Source: Myxococcota bacterium (GTDB lineage: Bacteria > Myxococcota_A > Bradymonadia > UBA7976 > UBA1532). Taken from it: a stretch of DNA of 64,000 bases. Shown here piece after piece: positions 1 through 7,809 of the stretch. The notes below the pieces were generated by a model that ran no database searches, had not been told where the DNA came from, and was given only the letters and a program-made list of their open reading frames with translations. Position 1 is the stretch's first letter; each line of letters begins with the position of its first letter. The position numbers were made by a program, and so were the translations under genes. The DNA is taken from NCBI GenBank assembly GCA_963169045.1, contig CAUJDF010000075.1, positions 98,434 through 162,433 on the forward strand, in the 5' to 3' direction.

Positions 1-1124
1 TAGAAGGGCACGCTCGGGTCCGCGGGGAAGCGCGCCGCGAACTCGCCGAGCATGTAGTCCTCGCTGAACGGCATGCCGACGAGGTCGCCGGCCTCGGCGG
101 CCAGCAGGCGCACGCCGCGGTGCGGGCTCGACACGCTGGTGGCCGAGGCGACCCGGTCGCCGTAGCCGAAGCCGCCGAGCAGCACGCGGATGTCGACGCC
201 GCCCTGGCTGTGCCCGATGAGGTGGACGCGGGCGGCGCCGGTCTCGGCGAGCACGTCGTCGATCACGGCGGCGAGGTCGACGGCGCGGCGCTCGGAGGCG
301 CCGACGGGCGTCAGCGCCGGCGTGTAGACGACGTAGCCGCGCGCCGTCAGCGCCTCGCGTACGCCGAGCCAGTACTCGAGCACGCCGAAGTAGACGTCGG
401 TGCCGAACGCGCCGTGCACCAGCACGATGGGCGAGCGCGTCGCCTCGAGGTCGCAGCCGGCGCGGCAGGCGAGGCGGGCCACGTAGCGGGTGTGCCCACG
501 GATCGGGGCGGCCGGTGTCAAGCGAAAGCGGACCTCGCCGGCGGCGGGGGGGCGGAACTCGACGGCGCCGTCGCCCGCGGGCAGGTCGGCGGCGGCGAGG
601 GGCGCGTCGCGGACGTCGAGGACCTCGGCGCGGGCCGGCACGGGCAGGCCGCGGACGGCGAAGGTGAGGTCCTGGCCGGCGGCGGCGACGCCGAAGTGGT
701 GGAGGGGCGCGCAGGGGGGCGCGTCGAAGGGCGTCCACTCCGCGTGCACCTCGCCCTGGTGCGCGGCCTCTCGCGCCTCGGCGCCGCAGCCGGCGTCGGC
801 GCAGGGAGGCGCGCCGGGTTCGGCGCAGTCCTCGGGGTCCGCCGGCGGCGGTCCGCAGTCCTCGCAGGCGGCGGCGTCCGGTGACGGCGCGGCGGCGTCG
901 GCGGGCGCGGCGGCGTCGGCGGGGGCGGCGGCGTCCGGTGACGGCGCGGCACCGTCGGCGGGCGCGGCGGCGTCGGCGGGGGCGGCGGCGTCGGCGGCGG
1001 CGTCGGCCTCGACCGCCCGCGCCGCGTCCGGCGTGGGCCCTTCGGCGTCGCCCGGCGTCGACGCCGACCCGCAGGCCGTCACGACGAACGCCACCAGGAT
1101 CGCCCACCCGCATCGTCCGTTCAT
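1..1124 (-). CDS. Secreted lipoprotein lipase, alpha/beta hydrolase; 3' end runs off the window
   Basis: My minus-strand translation reads MNGRCGWAILVAFVVTAC (signal peptide plus lipobox), then an Ala/Asp/Pro-rich linker, then ...PIVLVHGAFG...ARVHLIGHSQGGVDIR (lipase nucleophile elbow GHSQGG). There is no in-frame stop before position 1, so the C-terminus lies outside the window. The gene is absent from the ORF track because it has no stop. Confidence 0.8.
   Translation of the reverse strand, partial: MNGRCGWAILVAFVVTACGSASTPGDAEGPTPDAARAVEADAAADAAAPADAAAPADGAAPSPDAAAPADAAAPADAAAPSPDAAACEDCGPPPADPEDCAEPGAPPCADAGCGAEAREAAHQGEVHAEWTPFDAPPCAPLHHFGVAAAGQDLTFAVRGLPVPARAEVLDVRDAPLAAADLPAGDGAVEFRPPAAGEVRFRLTPAAPIRGHTRYVARLACRAGCDLEATRSPIVLVHGAFGTDVYFGVLEYWLGVREALTARGYVVYTPALTPVGASERRAVDLAAVIDDVLAETGAARVHLIGHSQGGVDIRVLLGGFGYGDRVASATSVSSPHRGVRLLAAEAGDLVGMPFSEDYMLGEFAARFPADPSVPF
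880..1010. repeat. Tandem ~60-nt GC-rich repeat inside the lipase linker, encoding (ADAAAPADAAAPADGAAPSPD)n
   Basis: Direct repeats gcggcgtccggtgacggcgcggc...gtcggcgggggcggcg seen twice. In the lipase frame they code an Ala/Asp/Pro low-complexity linker. Confidence 0.6.
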
Positions 1125-1472
1125 CGTCGTTCCCCCCGGCCGGAGCATCTCATCTCCGGATGCGGCAGGGGAGACGCCCGTGGCGCAAAGCCACGAGCCG
1201 GTCGCCCGCGCGGCGACGCGCCCCGAGCCTGCGGCAGGGAGGTGTTTCATGGGACGGTTCCGGGAGGCGGACGCGTGGGCCCGCATCGGTCGGGCGGCCG
1301 GCGCGTGGATTCCCTGACAGCCCCGCATCCCCGACCCCCCGGTCGCAATTCGCCGCAGCCGGGCCCGCCGCCCCATGGCCCCAGGCCGCCCTCCGGCGCT
1401 GGCAACCCCATTGCATACGGGAATTCGCGTAGGCCGCGTGGAGCGGACGCGAAATCGAGAGGGAGCCACGGG

Positions 1473-2177
1473 ATGAACACTCAGTTCCAGGATCGGAAGG
1501 ACGCCGGACAGCGTCTGGCCGGCCTGCTCGGGCACTATGCCCATCGCGACGATGTCGTCGTGCTGGCCCTGCCCCGTGGTGGGGTGGCGATCGCCTACGA
1601 GATCACCCGCGCGATCTTCGCGCCCCTGGACGTCTATCTCGTCCGCAAGGTGGGCGTTCCAGGTCAGAAGGAGATGGCGATGGGGGCGGTCGCCTCCGGC
1701 GGCGTCACCGTCCGCAACGAGGACATCATCGCCTCGCTGCGGATCTCGGAGGCCGACTTCCAGGCCGTGGCCGACGCCGAGCGGCGCGAGCTGCGGCGCC
1801 GGGAGGAGGCCTATCGTCCCGACCGGCCACCGCACGCGCTGCGCGACAAGACGGTGCTGCTGGTCGACGACGGCCTGGCCACCGGCGCGACGATGCGCGC
1901 AGCCATCCACGCCGTGCGCCGCCTGGATCCGCGCGGCATCGTCGTGTGCTCGCCGACCGGATCGGCCTACGCGTGCACGGAGCTGCGTCGCGAGCCATCG
2001 GTCGATGAAGTCGTCTGCTACACGACGCCGCAGCCCTTCCACGCGGTCGGGCAGTCGTACCTCTCGTTCCCGCAGTGCACCGACCAGGAGGTCCGCGACC
2101 TGCTCGCCCGCGCCGAGCGCGACTTCCGGCCGTTGCCCGGCATCGGCGTCGGCCCCGAGAGCCGCGTCAACAACTAG
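1473..2177 (+). CDS. Phosphoribosyltransferase-domain protein
   Basis: ATG at 1473 with a GGGAG RBS. The protein reads MNTQFQDRKDAGQRLA...VVLALPRGGVAIAY...VLLVDDGLATGATMRAA (PRTase type-I fold with a PRPP-binding VLLVDDGLATGAT motif). The 5' extension in the ORF track is not supported. Confidence 0.8.
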   Translation: MNTQFQDRKDAGQRLAGLLGHYAHRDDVVVLALPRGGVAIAYEITRAIFAPLDVYLVRKVGVPGQKEMAMGAVASGGVTVRNEDIIASLRISEADFQAVADAERRELRRREEAYRPDRPPHALRDKTVLLVDDGLATGATMRAAIHAVRRLDPRGIVVCSPTGSAYACTELRREPSVDEVVCYTTPQPFHAVGQSYLSFPQCTDQEVRDLLARAERDFRPLPGIGVGPESRVNN

Positions 2178-2595
2178 GCTCGAGCGGCGGCCGGTGCCCG
2201 CGCCGCCGCAACGCGTTGACGGCGCGCAGGACGGAGCGCCGGCCGAGGATGGCACGCACGACGCGGTGTTTGCCGGGCAGGTCCGAGAGGATGGCCGCGG
2301 CGAGGATCGTCAGAAGCCCCTGTCCCGGCAGCACCAGCATCAGCACCCCCGCCACGCCGACCACCACCGCCATGCCATTGCGGATGACGTGCAGCGCGCG
2401 GCGGGCCCAGGTGTCGGCCGGGCGCCGCTCGCTGGCGACGCGGTGCAGGTAGTCGGGCGGCAGCCGCAGCAGGATCCACGGCAGCACGGCCACACTGGCC
2501 AGCAGCATCACCAGCGAGGAGACGGCGAGGCCCGCGACGACGGGCGCCCAGTCGACGCCCTGCAGGGCGGGGAAGTAGGTGGACAGGTCAGGCAC
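2167..2595 (-). CDS. Small PGPGW-family two-TM membrane protein
   Basis: GTG start at 2595 (there is no ATG before the first TM helix). Two hydrophobic helices are followed by LPGQG..LSDLPGKHR, the PGPGW family signature. It converges on the PRTase gene with an 11-nt overlap. Confidence 0.55.
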   Translation of the reverse strand: MPDLSTYFPALQGVDWAPVVAGLAVSSLVMLLASVAVLPWILLRLPPDYLHRVASERRPADTWARRALHVIRNGMAVVVGVAGVLMLVLPGQGLLTILAAAILSDLPGKHRVVRAILGRRSVLRAVNALRRRGHRPPLEPSC

Positions 2596-2618
2596 CGTCT
2601 TCAGGATGCCGGTGGGGC

Positions 2619-3977
2619 CTATTTCGCCGCAGCGGGTTCCGCCGGCACCTCGACCCGGGGGTTGTACTTCGCCGCCCGGGCGAACGCCTGACGGGCCTTG
2701 TCGGGCTCGCCGAGCGCGGCGTGCGCGTGGCCGAGCGCCTCGAAGTACTCGTCGTAGCGCAGCGGGGAGCGGGCCGCCTCGCCGACGAGCAGGCGCGCCT
2801 GCGCGGGATCGGTCGGCGCCAGGGCGCGCGCCGCCTGGAGCAGCGACATCGCGTCGCGCCGGACCTCGAGGTTGAGCTTCGCCCACTTCGCCGCCTCGGC
2901 GGGGTCCGGCTTGTCGTCGAGCCAGAAGCCGATGGCGTGGGCCGCCCACGCGTGCGGGTGCTTCGCCAGCCGCGCCTTCCACTCGCGGTCGGCCTCGAGG
3001 AGCGCCGCCTCCGCGCCCGGCGCGTCGCCCTTCGCCCGCAGCGCCTCGCCCCGCGCGGCGATGAACTCCGGCAGGCGCGTGCGCTTCACGATGTCGTCGT
3101 ACAGCTTCAGCGCCGCGTCGACGTTGCCGAGCAGCAGCTCCGTCTCGGCGAGGTGCTCCGCCGCCACGATGTAGTCGGGCAGGCGGTCGGTGGCGGCGGC
3201 GAAGAACGCGCGCGCCTCGGCCCATCGGCCCGTCCGCAGTCGCACGTGGCCCCGGAGGAAGTCGATCCAGGCGAGCACCATGGGGTGCACGTCGTCGTAG
3301 GCGGCGTAGGCGCGTCGCAGCAGCTGGTCGGCGTTGTCGGGGTCGCCGGTGACGAAGGCGATGTGCGCGCGCTGCGCCCAGTCCTCGTGGGACAGCGGCT
3401 CGGGCAGCGGCAGCGCGAGCAGGCGCGCCCCGTCGAGATAGCGGCCCGTGTTCCAATACAGATCGCCGAGGGTGTTCTGGATGCGCGCGTCGTCGGGTTT
3501 CGCCGCGAGACGCTGCTTCCAGTACGCGATCGCCTCGCCGAAGCGGTGCAGGTGGGCCTGGATCGCGGCGCGCCGGGCGCCGACCGCCTCGTCGCCGGGG
3601 AACTTCTTCTCTGCCTCGTCGAGCAGCGCCAGCGCCGCGTCCGCGTGCGCGAGGTCGCCGTCGAGCTGCGCCTTCTCCATCTCGAGCGCCGCCAGGCGGG
3701 CGAAGTGACCCGGCGTGGCCTGGGGCGTCCGGATGCGCTCGCGCAGGCTCGCCTCGAGGGCCTCCTGGTTGCGCTTGTAGATCGCGGGGCTCGTCGACCG
3801 CACCTTGCCCGGCCCCTCGGGGCCGAGCTTCGGCCCGGCGGCGGGCGGCACCGGGGCCTCCGACGCCGGGACCGCCGCCGAAGCGACGGCGGGTGCAGGC
3901 GCCGCCGGAGACGGCTCGCGGTTACAGGCGACGGTGGCGGTCAGGCCGAGGAGGGCGATGAGACGACGAGTGTCCAT
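2619..3977 (-). CDS. TPR-repeat lipoprotein
   Basis: 452-aa ORF with signal peptide and lipobox LTATVAC, multiple TPR-like helical repeats, and a TAG stop at 2619. Confidence 0.85.
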   Translation of the reverse strand: MDTRRLIALLGLTATVACNREPSPAAPAPAVASAAVPASEAPVPPAAGPKLGPEGPGKVRSTSPAIYKRNQEALEASLRERIRTPQATPGHFARLAALEMEKAQLDGDLAHADAALALLDEAEKKFPGDEAVGARRAAIQAHLHRFGEAIAYWKQRLAAKPDDARIQNTLGDLYWNTGRYLDGARLLALPLPEPLSHEDWAQRAHIAFVTGDPDNADQLLRRAYAAYDDVHPMVLAWIDFLRGHVRLRTGRWAEARAFFAAATDRLPDYIVAAEHLAETELLLGNVDAALKLYDDIVKRTRLPEFIAARGEALRAKGDAPGAEAALLEADREWKARLAKHPHAWAAHAIGFWLDDKPDPAEAAKWAKLNLEVRRDAMSLLQAARALAPTDPAQARLLVGEAARSPLRYDEYFEALGHAHAALGEPDKARQAFARAAKYNPRVEVPAEPAAAK

Positions 3978-4025
3978 GGCGGCGCATCATCGGACGACCG
4001 CCGCACGGACGCAATCGGGCTCACG

Positions 4026-5045
4026 TCAGTGCGGGGTGGCGAGGAAGGGGAAGGTCATCGAGAACTCCTTGTCGTTCTCGCGGATGCAGTCCCAGTCGGT
4101 CGTGCCGAGGTCGGCCAGGCCGATCCCGCCGACGAGCGCCGACAGGGTGGTGTCGATGACGTCCTGGCCCATCCAGCGGCCGCCCGAGGTCGACATGTTG
4201 TCGGGGATGATCCCGAGCAGCACGAGCTCCCGGTGCAGGTAGCCGTTGTTCGCGAAGGGCTTGCTCGAGTCGAGGACGAGCCAGTCCTGCGCCAGCGCGG
4301 GCGCGACGGCGGCGGCGTTGAAGCCGGCGCCCTCGAGCACCGTGTTGCCCACCGTGCCGTCGAGCGCGTCGGCGCCGGTGAGGCCGGCCTGGATCGTCGC
4401 CGACCAGTTCTCGGCCCACGCCGCGGGATCAGCGTCGCGGTTGTACGCGTCCTTCTGGGCGGCCGGGATGAGCGCGGTGTTGACCGCCGCGCGGCCCATG
4501 CGGTCGATCTGGCCCTCGGCCATCCCGCCGCCGGCGCCGCCCTCGCCTCCCGCGCCGCCCATGCCGCCGGCGCCGCCCTCGCCGCCGGCGCCGCCGGCGC
4601 CGGTGCAGCTGTCGGAGAACGCCGGCGACAGGCCCTTGAGCGTGTTGACGAGCTGCGTGCAGTCGTTCTGCTGCTCGACGATGGGGCGCAGCGCGGGGTT
4701 GTCCGCGCACGTCGGGATGCAGCCCTCGATGAACGCCATGCGGTTGGCCTCTTCGAGGCCCGGGCACAGGTCGGCCGGCGTGTCGATGATCGCGCAGTTG
4801 AACAGCTTGGTGCAGGCGTTCTCGCAGGGCGTGCCCATCATGCCGCCCATGCCGCCCTGACCACCGGCGCCGCCCTGACCACCGGCGCCGCCCTGGCCGC
4901 CGGCGCCGCCCTGGCCGCCGGCCGCGCCGGCGCCACCGGCGCCATCGTCGTCGTCGTCACCGTCGTCGCAGCCGGCCGCGAAGGCGAAGGCCGCGAGGAC
5001 CGCCGTCAGGAGGAGCGTGCCCCTGGATTCAATCGTCTTGCGCAT
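4026..5045 (-). CDS. Lipoprotein with (GGAGGQGG)n linkers and a Cys-containing globular C-terminal domain; possibly the C-terminal half of a DUF4331-like protein
   Basis: MRKTIESRGTLLLTAVLAAFAFAAGC lipobox, two GGAGGxGG low-complexity blocks, and a C-terminus reading ...DCIRENDKEFSMTFPFLATPH. It sits 1 codon downstream of gene 5049..5675, in the same frame. Confidence 0.75.
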   Translation of the reverse strand: MRKTIESRGTLLLTAVLAAFAFAAGCDDGDDDDDGAGGAGAAGGQGGAGGQGGAGGQGGAGGQGGMGGMMGTPCENACTKLFNCAIIDTPADLCPGLEEANRMAFIEGCIPTCADNPALRPIVEQQNDCTQLVNTLKGLSPAFSDSCTGAGGAGGEGGAGGMGGAGGEGGAGGGMAEGQIDRMGRAAVNTALIPAAQKDAYNRDADPAAWAENWSATIQAGLTGADALDGTVGNTVLEGAGFNAAAVAPALAQDWLVLDSSKPFANNGYLHRELVLLGIIPDNMSTSGGRWMGQDVIDTTLSALVGGIGLADLGTTDWDCIRENDKEFSMTFPFLATPH

Positions 5046-5048
5046 CGC

Positions 5049-5675
5049 TCAGCCCCCCTCGCCCATGCGGGCGGTGCTGCCCCAGATGCGGAGCTGCGGG
5101 TTCGCCTGGTCCGCCCACAGGATCGTCCGGTCGAGCTCGAGCACGATCGCCAGCGTGTTCAGGCCGGCGAAGAAGTCGGTGCCGGTCTGGTCCATCTGCA
5201 CGCGGCAGAGCGGATCGGCGTTCGGGTTGGCCCCGACGACGGCCAGAAAGCCGTTCAGATCGAAGAAGAACGGATCGTCGCGCAGGCCGGCCCACGCCTT
5301 GATGCTGTCGCCGGTCGCCGGCTCGCCGCCGACGGTGCCGCTCGCCACCACGCCCGGCGGGCCCGAGCAGGTGTAGGCGTCGTCGGCGCCGAAGGTGCAC
5401 ACCACGTCGCGGCGGGCGTTGCCGTCGGCGATCTGCTGCACGTTGAAGCGGTACTCGACGGCGTCGCTGAAGGCCGCGTTGGCGTCCGCCTGCGGGAACA
5501 CCGTCATGATGACGATGACCTTGTTCGGGTTCTCGGGCGAAACGAACGCGTAGACGTCGTTGATGTCCGCCGCCGGGTCGGCTTGCACGCCGGGGCCGTC
5601 ACGATGATCGGCTGCCCAGGCGGAACCCCCGGTCACGGCGAGCAAGAGCGTAAGAAGCCGCGACGCTCTCCTCAT
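5049..5675 (-). CDS. Secreted DUF4331-like protein, N-terminal (HRD-motif) half
   Basis: ATG at 5675 with a GGGGAG RBS (the track's TTG start at 5681 is rejected). Signal peptide, then ADHRDGPG...DINDVYAF, as in DUF4331 N-termini. It ends with a TGA that is in frame with the next gene. Confidence 0.7.
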   Translation of the reverse strand: MRRASRLLTLLLAVTGGSAWAADHRDGPGVQADPAADINDVYAFVSPENPNKVIVIMTVFPQADANAAFSDAVEYRFNVQQIADGNARRDVVCTFGADDAYTCSGPPGVVASGTVGGEPATGDSIKAWAGLRDDPFFFDLNGFLAVVGANPNADPLCRVQMDQTGTDFFAGLNTLAIVLELDRTILWADQANPQLRIWGSTARMGEGG

Positions 5676-5875
5676 GACCAACTCCCCTGTCGATGTCGGT
5701 GCCTCGGGGGCACCCCCCCTGTCCTGCTGGAACGCTGCGAACTATACCGATTCCCGTCCCACAAGGAAGTTGCAGTGAGACGAAATCGAGACAGATGCCG
5801 CGGCGGCGCTTGCGGCAAAGACGCCGACCGCCGATCATGCGGCGTCGTTCCGCCCGCACATTCCGGAGGAAAACC

Positions 5876-7042
5876 GTGGAGATCCGGCCTCTCACGCTGC
5901 TCGCCGACGACGAGCGCATGTTCTACGACGCCGTCCTCGACTACGCCCGCCACGAGATCGGCCCGCACGTGTCCGCGATGGATCACGCCGGCCAGTTCCG
6001 CAAGGAGCTGCTGCCTGGCCTGTTCGGGCTCGGCGTGATGGGCATCGAGATCCCCGAGACGTATGGCGGCTCGGGCAGCAGCTTCTTCAACGCCTGCCTC
6101 GCGGTCGAGGCGTTCGCCGTCGTCGACCCGTCGGTGTCCGTGCTGGTCGACGTGCAGAACACGTTGTGCATCAACGCGGTGATGCGCTGGGGCAACGACG
6201 AACAGAAGAAGCGCTACCTGCCACGCCTGGCCCGCGAGTGGGTCGGCGCCTACGCCCTCTCCGAGCCGTCGTCGGGCTCCGACGCCTTCGCGCTGCGCAC
6301 GCGCGCCGAGAAGCGCGGCGACAAGTGGGTCATCAACGGCGGCAAGCTGTGGATCACCAACGGCGCCGAGGCGTCCGTCTTCATCGTCCTGGCCAACGCC
6401 GACTTCGAGAAGGGCTACCGCGGCATCACCGCCTTCCTCGTCGAGCGCGGCTTCTCCGGCTTCACCGTCGGCAAGAAGGAGGACAAGCTCGGCATCCGCG
6501 CCTCTTCGACGTGCGAGCTCGTCTTCGAGGACTGCGAGGTGCCGGCGGCCAACGTCCTCGGCGAGGTGGGCATCGGCTACAAGATCGCCATCGAGACGCT
6601 CAACGAGGGGCGCATCGGCATCGGCGCCCAGATGGTGGGCCTCGCGCAGGGCGCCTTCGACGCGGCGATGAAGTACATGCTCGAGCGGCAGCAGTTCGGC
6701 AAGCCGATCGCCGACTTCCAGGGCATGCAGTTCCAGTACGCGCAGCTCGCGGCGGACATCGAGGCGGCACGCCTCCTGGTGTACAACGCGGCGCGCCTCA
6801 GGGAGGCGGGTCGGCCGTTTCTCAAGGAGGCGGCCATCGCCAAGCTGTTCGCGTCGCAGGTGGCCGAGCGGACGGCGTCGCAGTGCGTCGAGTTCTTCGG
6901 CGGCGTGGGCTTCACCAAGGAGTTCCCGGCCGAGAAGTTCTATCGAGACGCCAAGATCGGCAAGATCTACGAAGGCACGTCGAACATGCAGCTCGGCACG
7001 ATCGCGAAGCTGCTTCAAAGTGAATACAAAACGCGGGGTTGA
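5876..7042 (+). CDS. Acyl-CoA dehydrogenase
   Basis: GTG at 5876, preceded by GGAGGA 5 nt upstream. It reads EIRPLTLLADDERMFYDAVLDYARHEIGP...YALSEPSSGSDAFALRT...GGVGFTKEFPAEKFYRDAKIGKIYEGTSNMQ, a canonical ACAD. The long N-terminal extension in the track lacks support. Confidence 0.9.
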   Translation: MEIRPLTLLADDERMFYDAVLDYARHEIGPHVSAMDHAGQFRKELLPGLFGLGVMGIEIPETYGGSGSSFFNACLAVEAFAVVDPSVSVLVDVQNTLCINAVMRWGNDEQKKRYLPRLAREWVGAYALSEPSSGSDAFALRTRAEKRGDKWVINGGKLWITNGAEASVFIVLANADFEKGYRGITAFLVERGFSGFTVGKKEDKLGIRASSTCELVFEDCEVPAANVLGEVGIGYKIAIETLNEGRIGIGAQMVGLAQGAFDAAMKYMLERQQFGKPIADFQGMQFQYAQLAADIEAARLLVYNAARLREAGRPFLKEAAIAKLFASQVAERTASQCVEFFGGVGFTKEFPAEKFYRDAKIGKIYEGTSNMQLGTIAKLLQSEYKTRG

Positions 7043-7101
7043 ATCTCTGGCGACGACCCGTTTCGAGACGCATCCTAAAGATGAGTCAAGGAGGTGACAC
7101 C

Positions 7102-7758
7102 GTGGCCAGGACCGCCCGTGTTCCACGCATCGAGACACGCGAAGACCCCGTGGTCGGCCTGCTCGGCTACCTGCGGGTGGCGGCGGTGCAGACCGACGCG
7201 CGGGGGCGCATCCTTCACGTCAACGACTCGGCGCGCACGCTCTTCGGGCGCGGCGCCGAGGAGTTGAACGGGGAGCGTCTCTCGGCGCTCGCCCGCTTCC
7301 GCAAGGGCGACGTCGAACGGCTGCGCGTCATGGTCGAGCGCCCCACGACGCAGCGCGAGACGCTCACGCTGCGCTTCACGGGCGGCTCGGGCCGCACGTA
7401 CCGCGTCGAGGTCGACGCCGTCGACGATCCGCGCAACGACCGCCGCCGGCTGCTGTTCTTCTACGACGTCACGGAGCTGCACGAGCTGCGACGGCTCCGC
7501 GAGTCGCTGTCGCGCGCCATCGCCCGGTGGCGCAGCGCCATCGGCGAGCGGCCCCCGATCTCGTCGGCGCCGCAGTCGGCGGTCAGCTCCCCGGCGGCCC
7601 GCCCCACCGAGGAGGACGAGCGCCAGCGCATCCGGGCCGCGCTCCGCGCCGCCGGCCAGAACCGCAGCGAGGCCGCGCGCCTGCTCGGCATCAGCCGCGC
7701 GACGTTCTACCGGCGCCTCGGCGCCCTGGGCATCGCGCCCGACGAAGAGGCCGGGTAA
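7102..7758 (+). CDS. PAS-domain transcriptional regulator with a C-terminal Fis-type HTH
   Basis: GTG at 7102 with AGGAGG 8 nt upstream (alternative ATG at 7081). A PAS-like N-terminus is followed by ...NRSEAARLLGISRATFYRRL (Fis/NtrC-type HTH). Confidence 0.8.
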   Translation: MARTARVPRIETREDPVVGLLGYLRVAAVQTDARGRILHVNDSARTLFGRGAEELNGERLSALARFRKGDVERLRVMVERPTTQRETLTLRFTGGSGRTYRVEVDAVDDPRNDRRRLLFFYDVTELHELRRLRESLSRAIARWRSAIGERPPISSAPQSAVSSPAARPTEEDERQRIRAALRAAGQNRSEAARLLGISRATFYRRLGALGIAPDEEAG

Positions 7759-7809
7759 CCGGCAACCCACCACGGGTCAAGCAGCGCCCGCCCGCTCCCG
7801 TTTTTCGGG

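Noticed and set aside
518-952. Pro/Arg/Thr-rich 144-aa minus ORF and overlapping + ORFs 120..884 and 490..1317
   Set aside because: All are alternative frames of the lipase gene (frame confirmed by the GHSQGG and PIVLVHG motifs). They are low-complexity frame artefacts of the Ala/Asp/Pro repeat DNA.
5693-5875. N-terminal extension of the acyl-CoA dehydrogenase ORF (track start 5693)
   Set aside because: There is a GGAGGA RBS 5 nt before the GTG at 5876, and the ACAD homology begins only there. The upstream peptide is Arg-rich filler.
2721-6038. 1105-aa + strand ORF spanning the TPR, lipoprotein and DUF4331 loci
   Set aside because: It runs antisense to four well-supported minus-strand genes. 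Its composition is the Arg/Ala/Gly-rich pattern typical of GC-rich shadow frames. No RBS, no domains.
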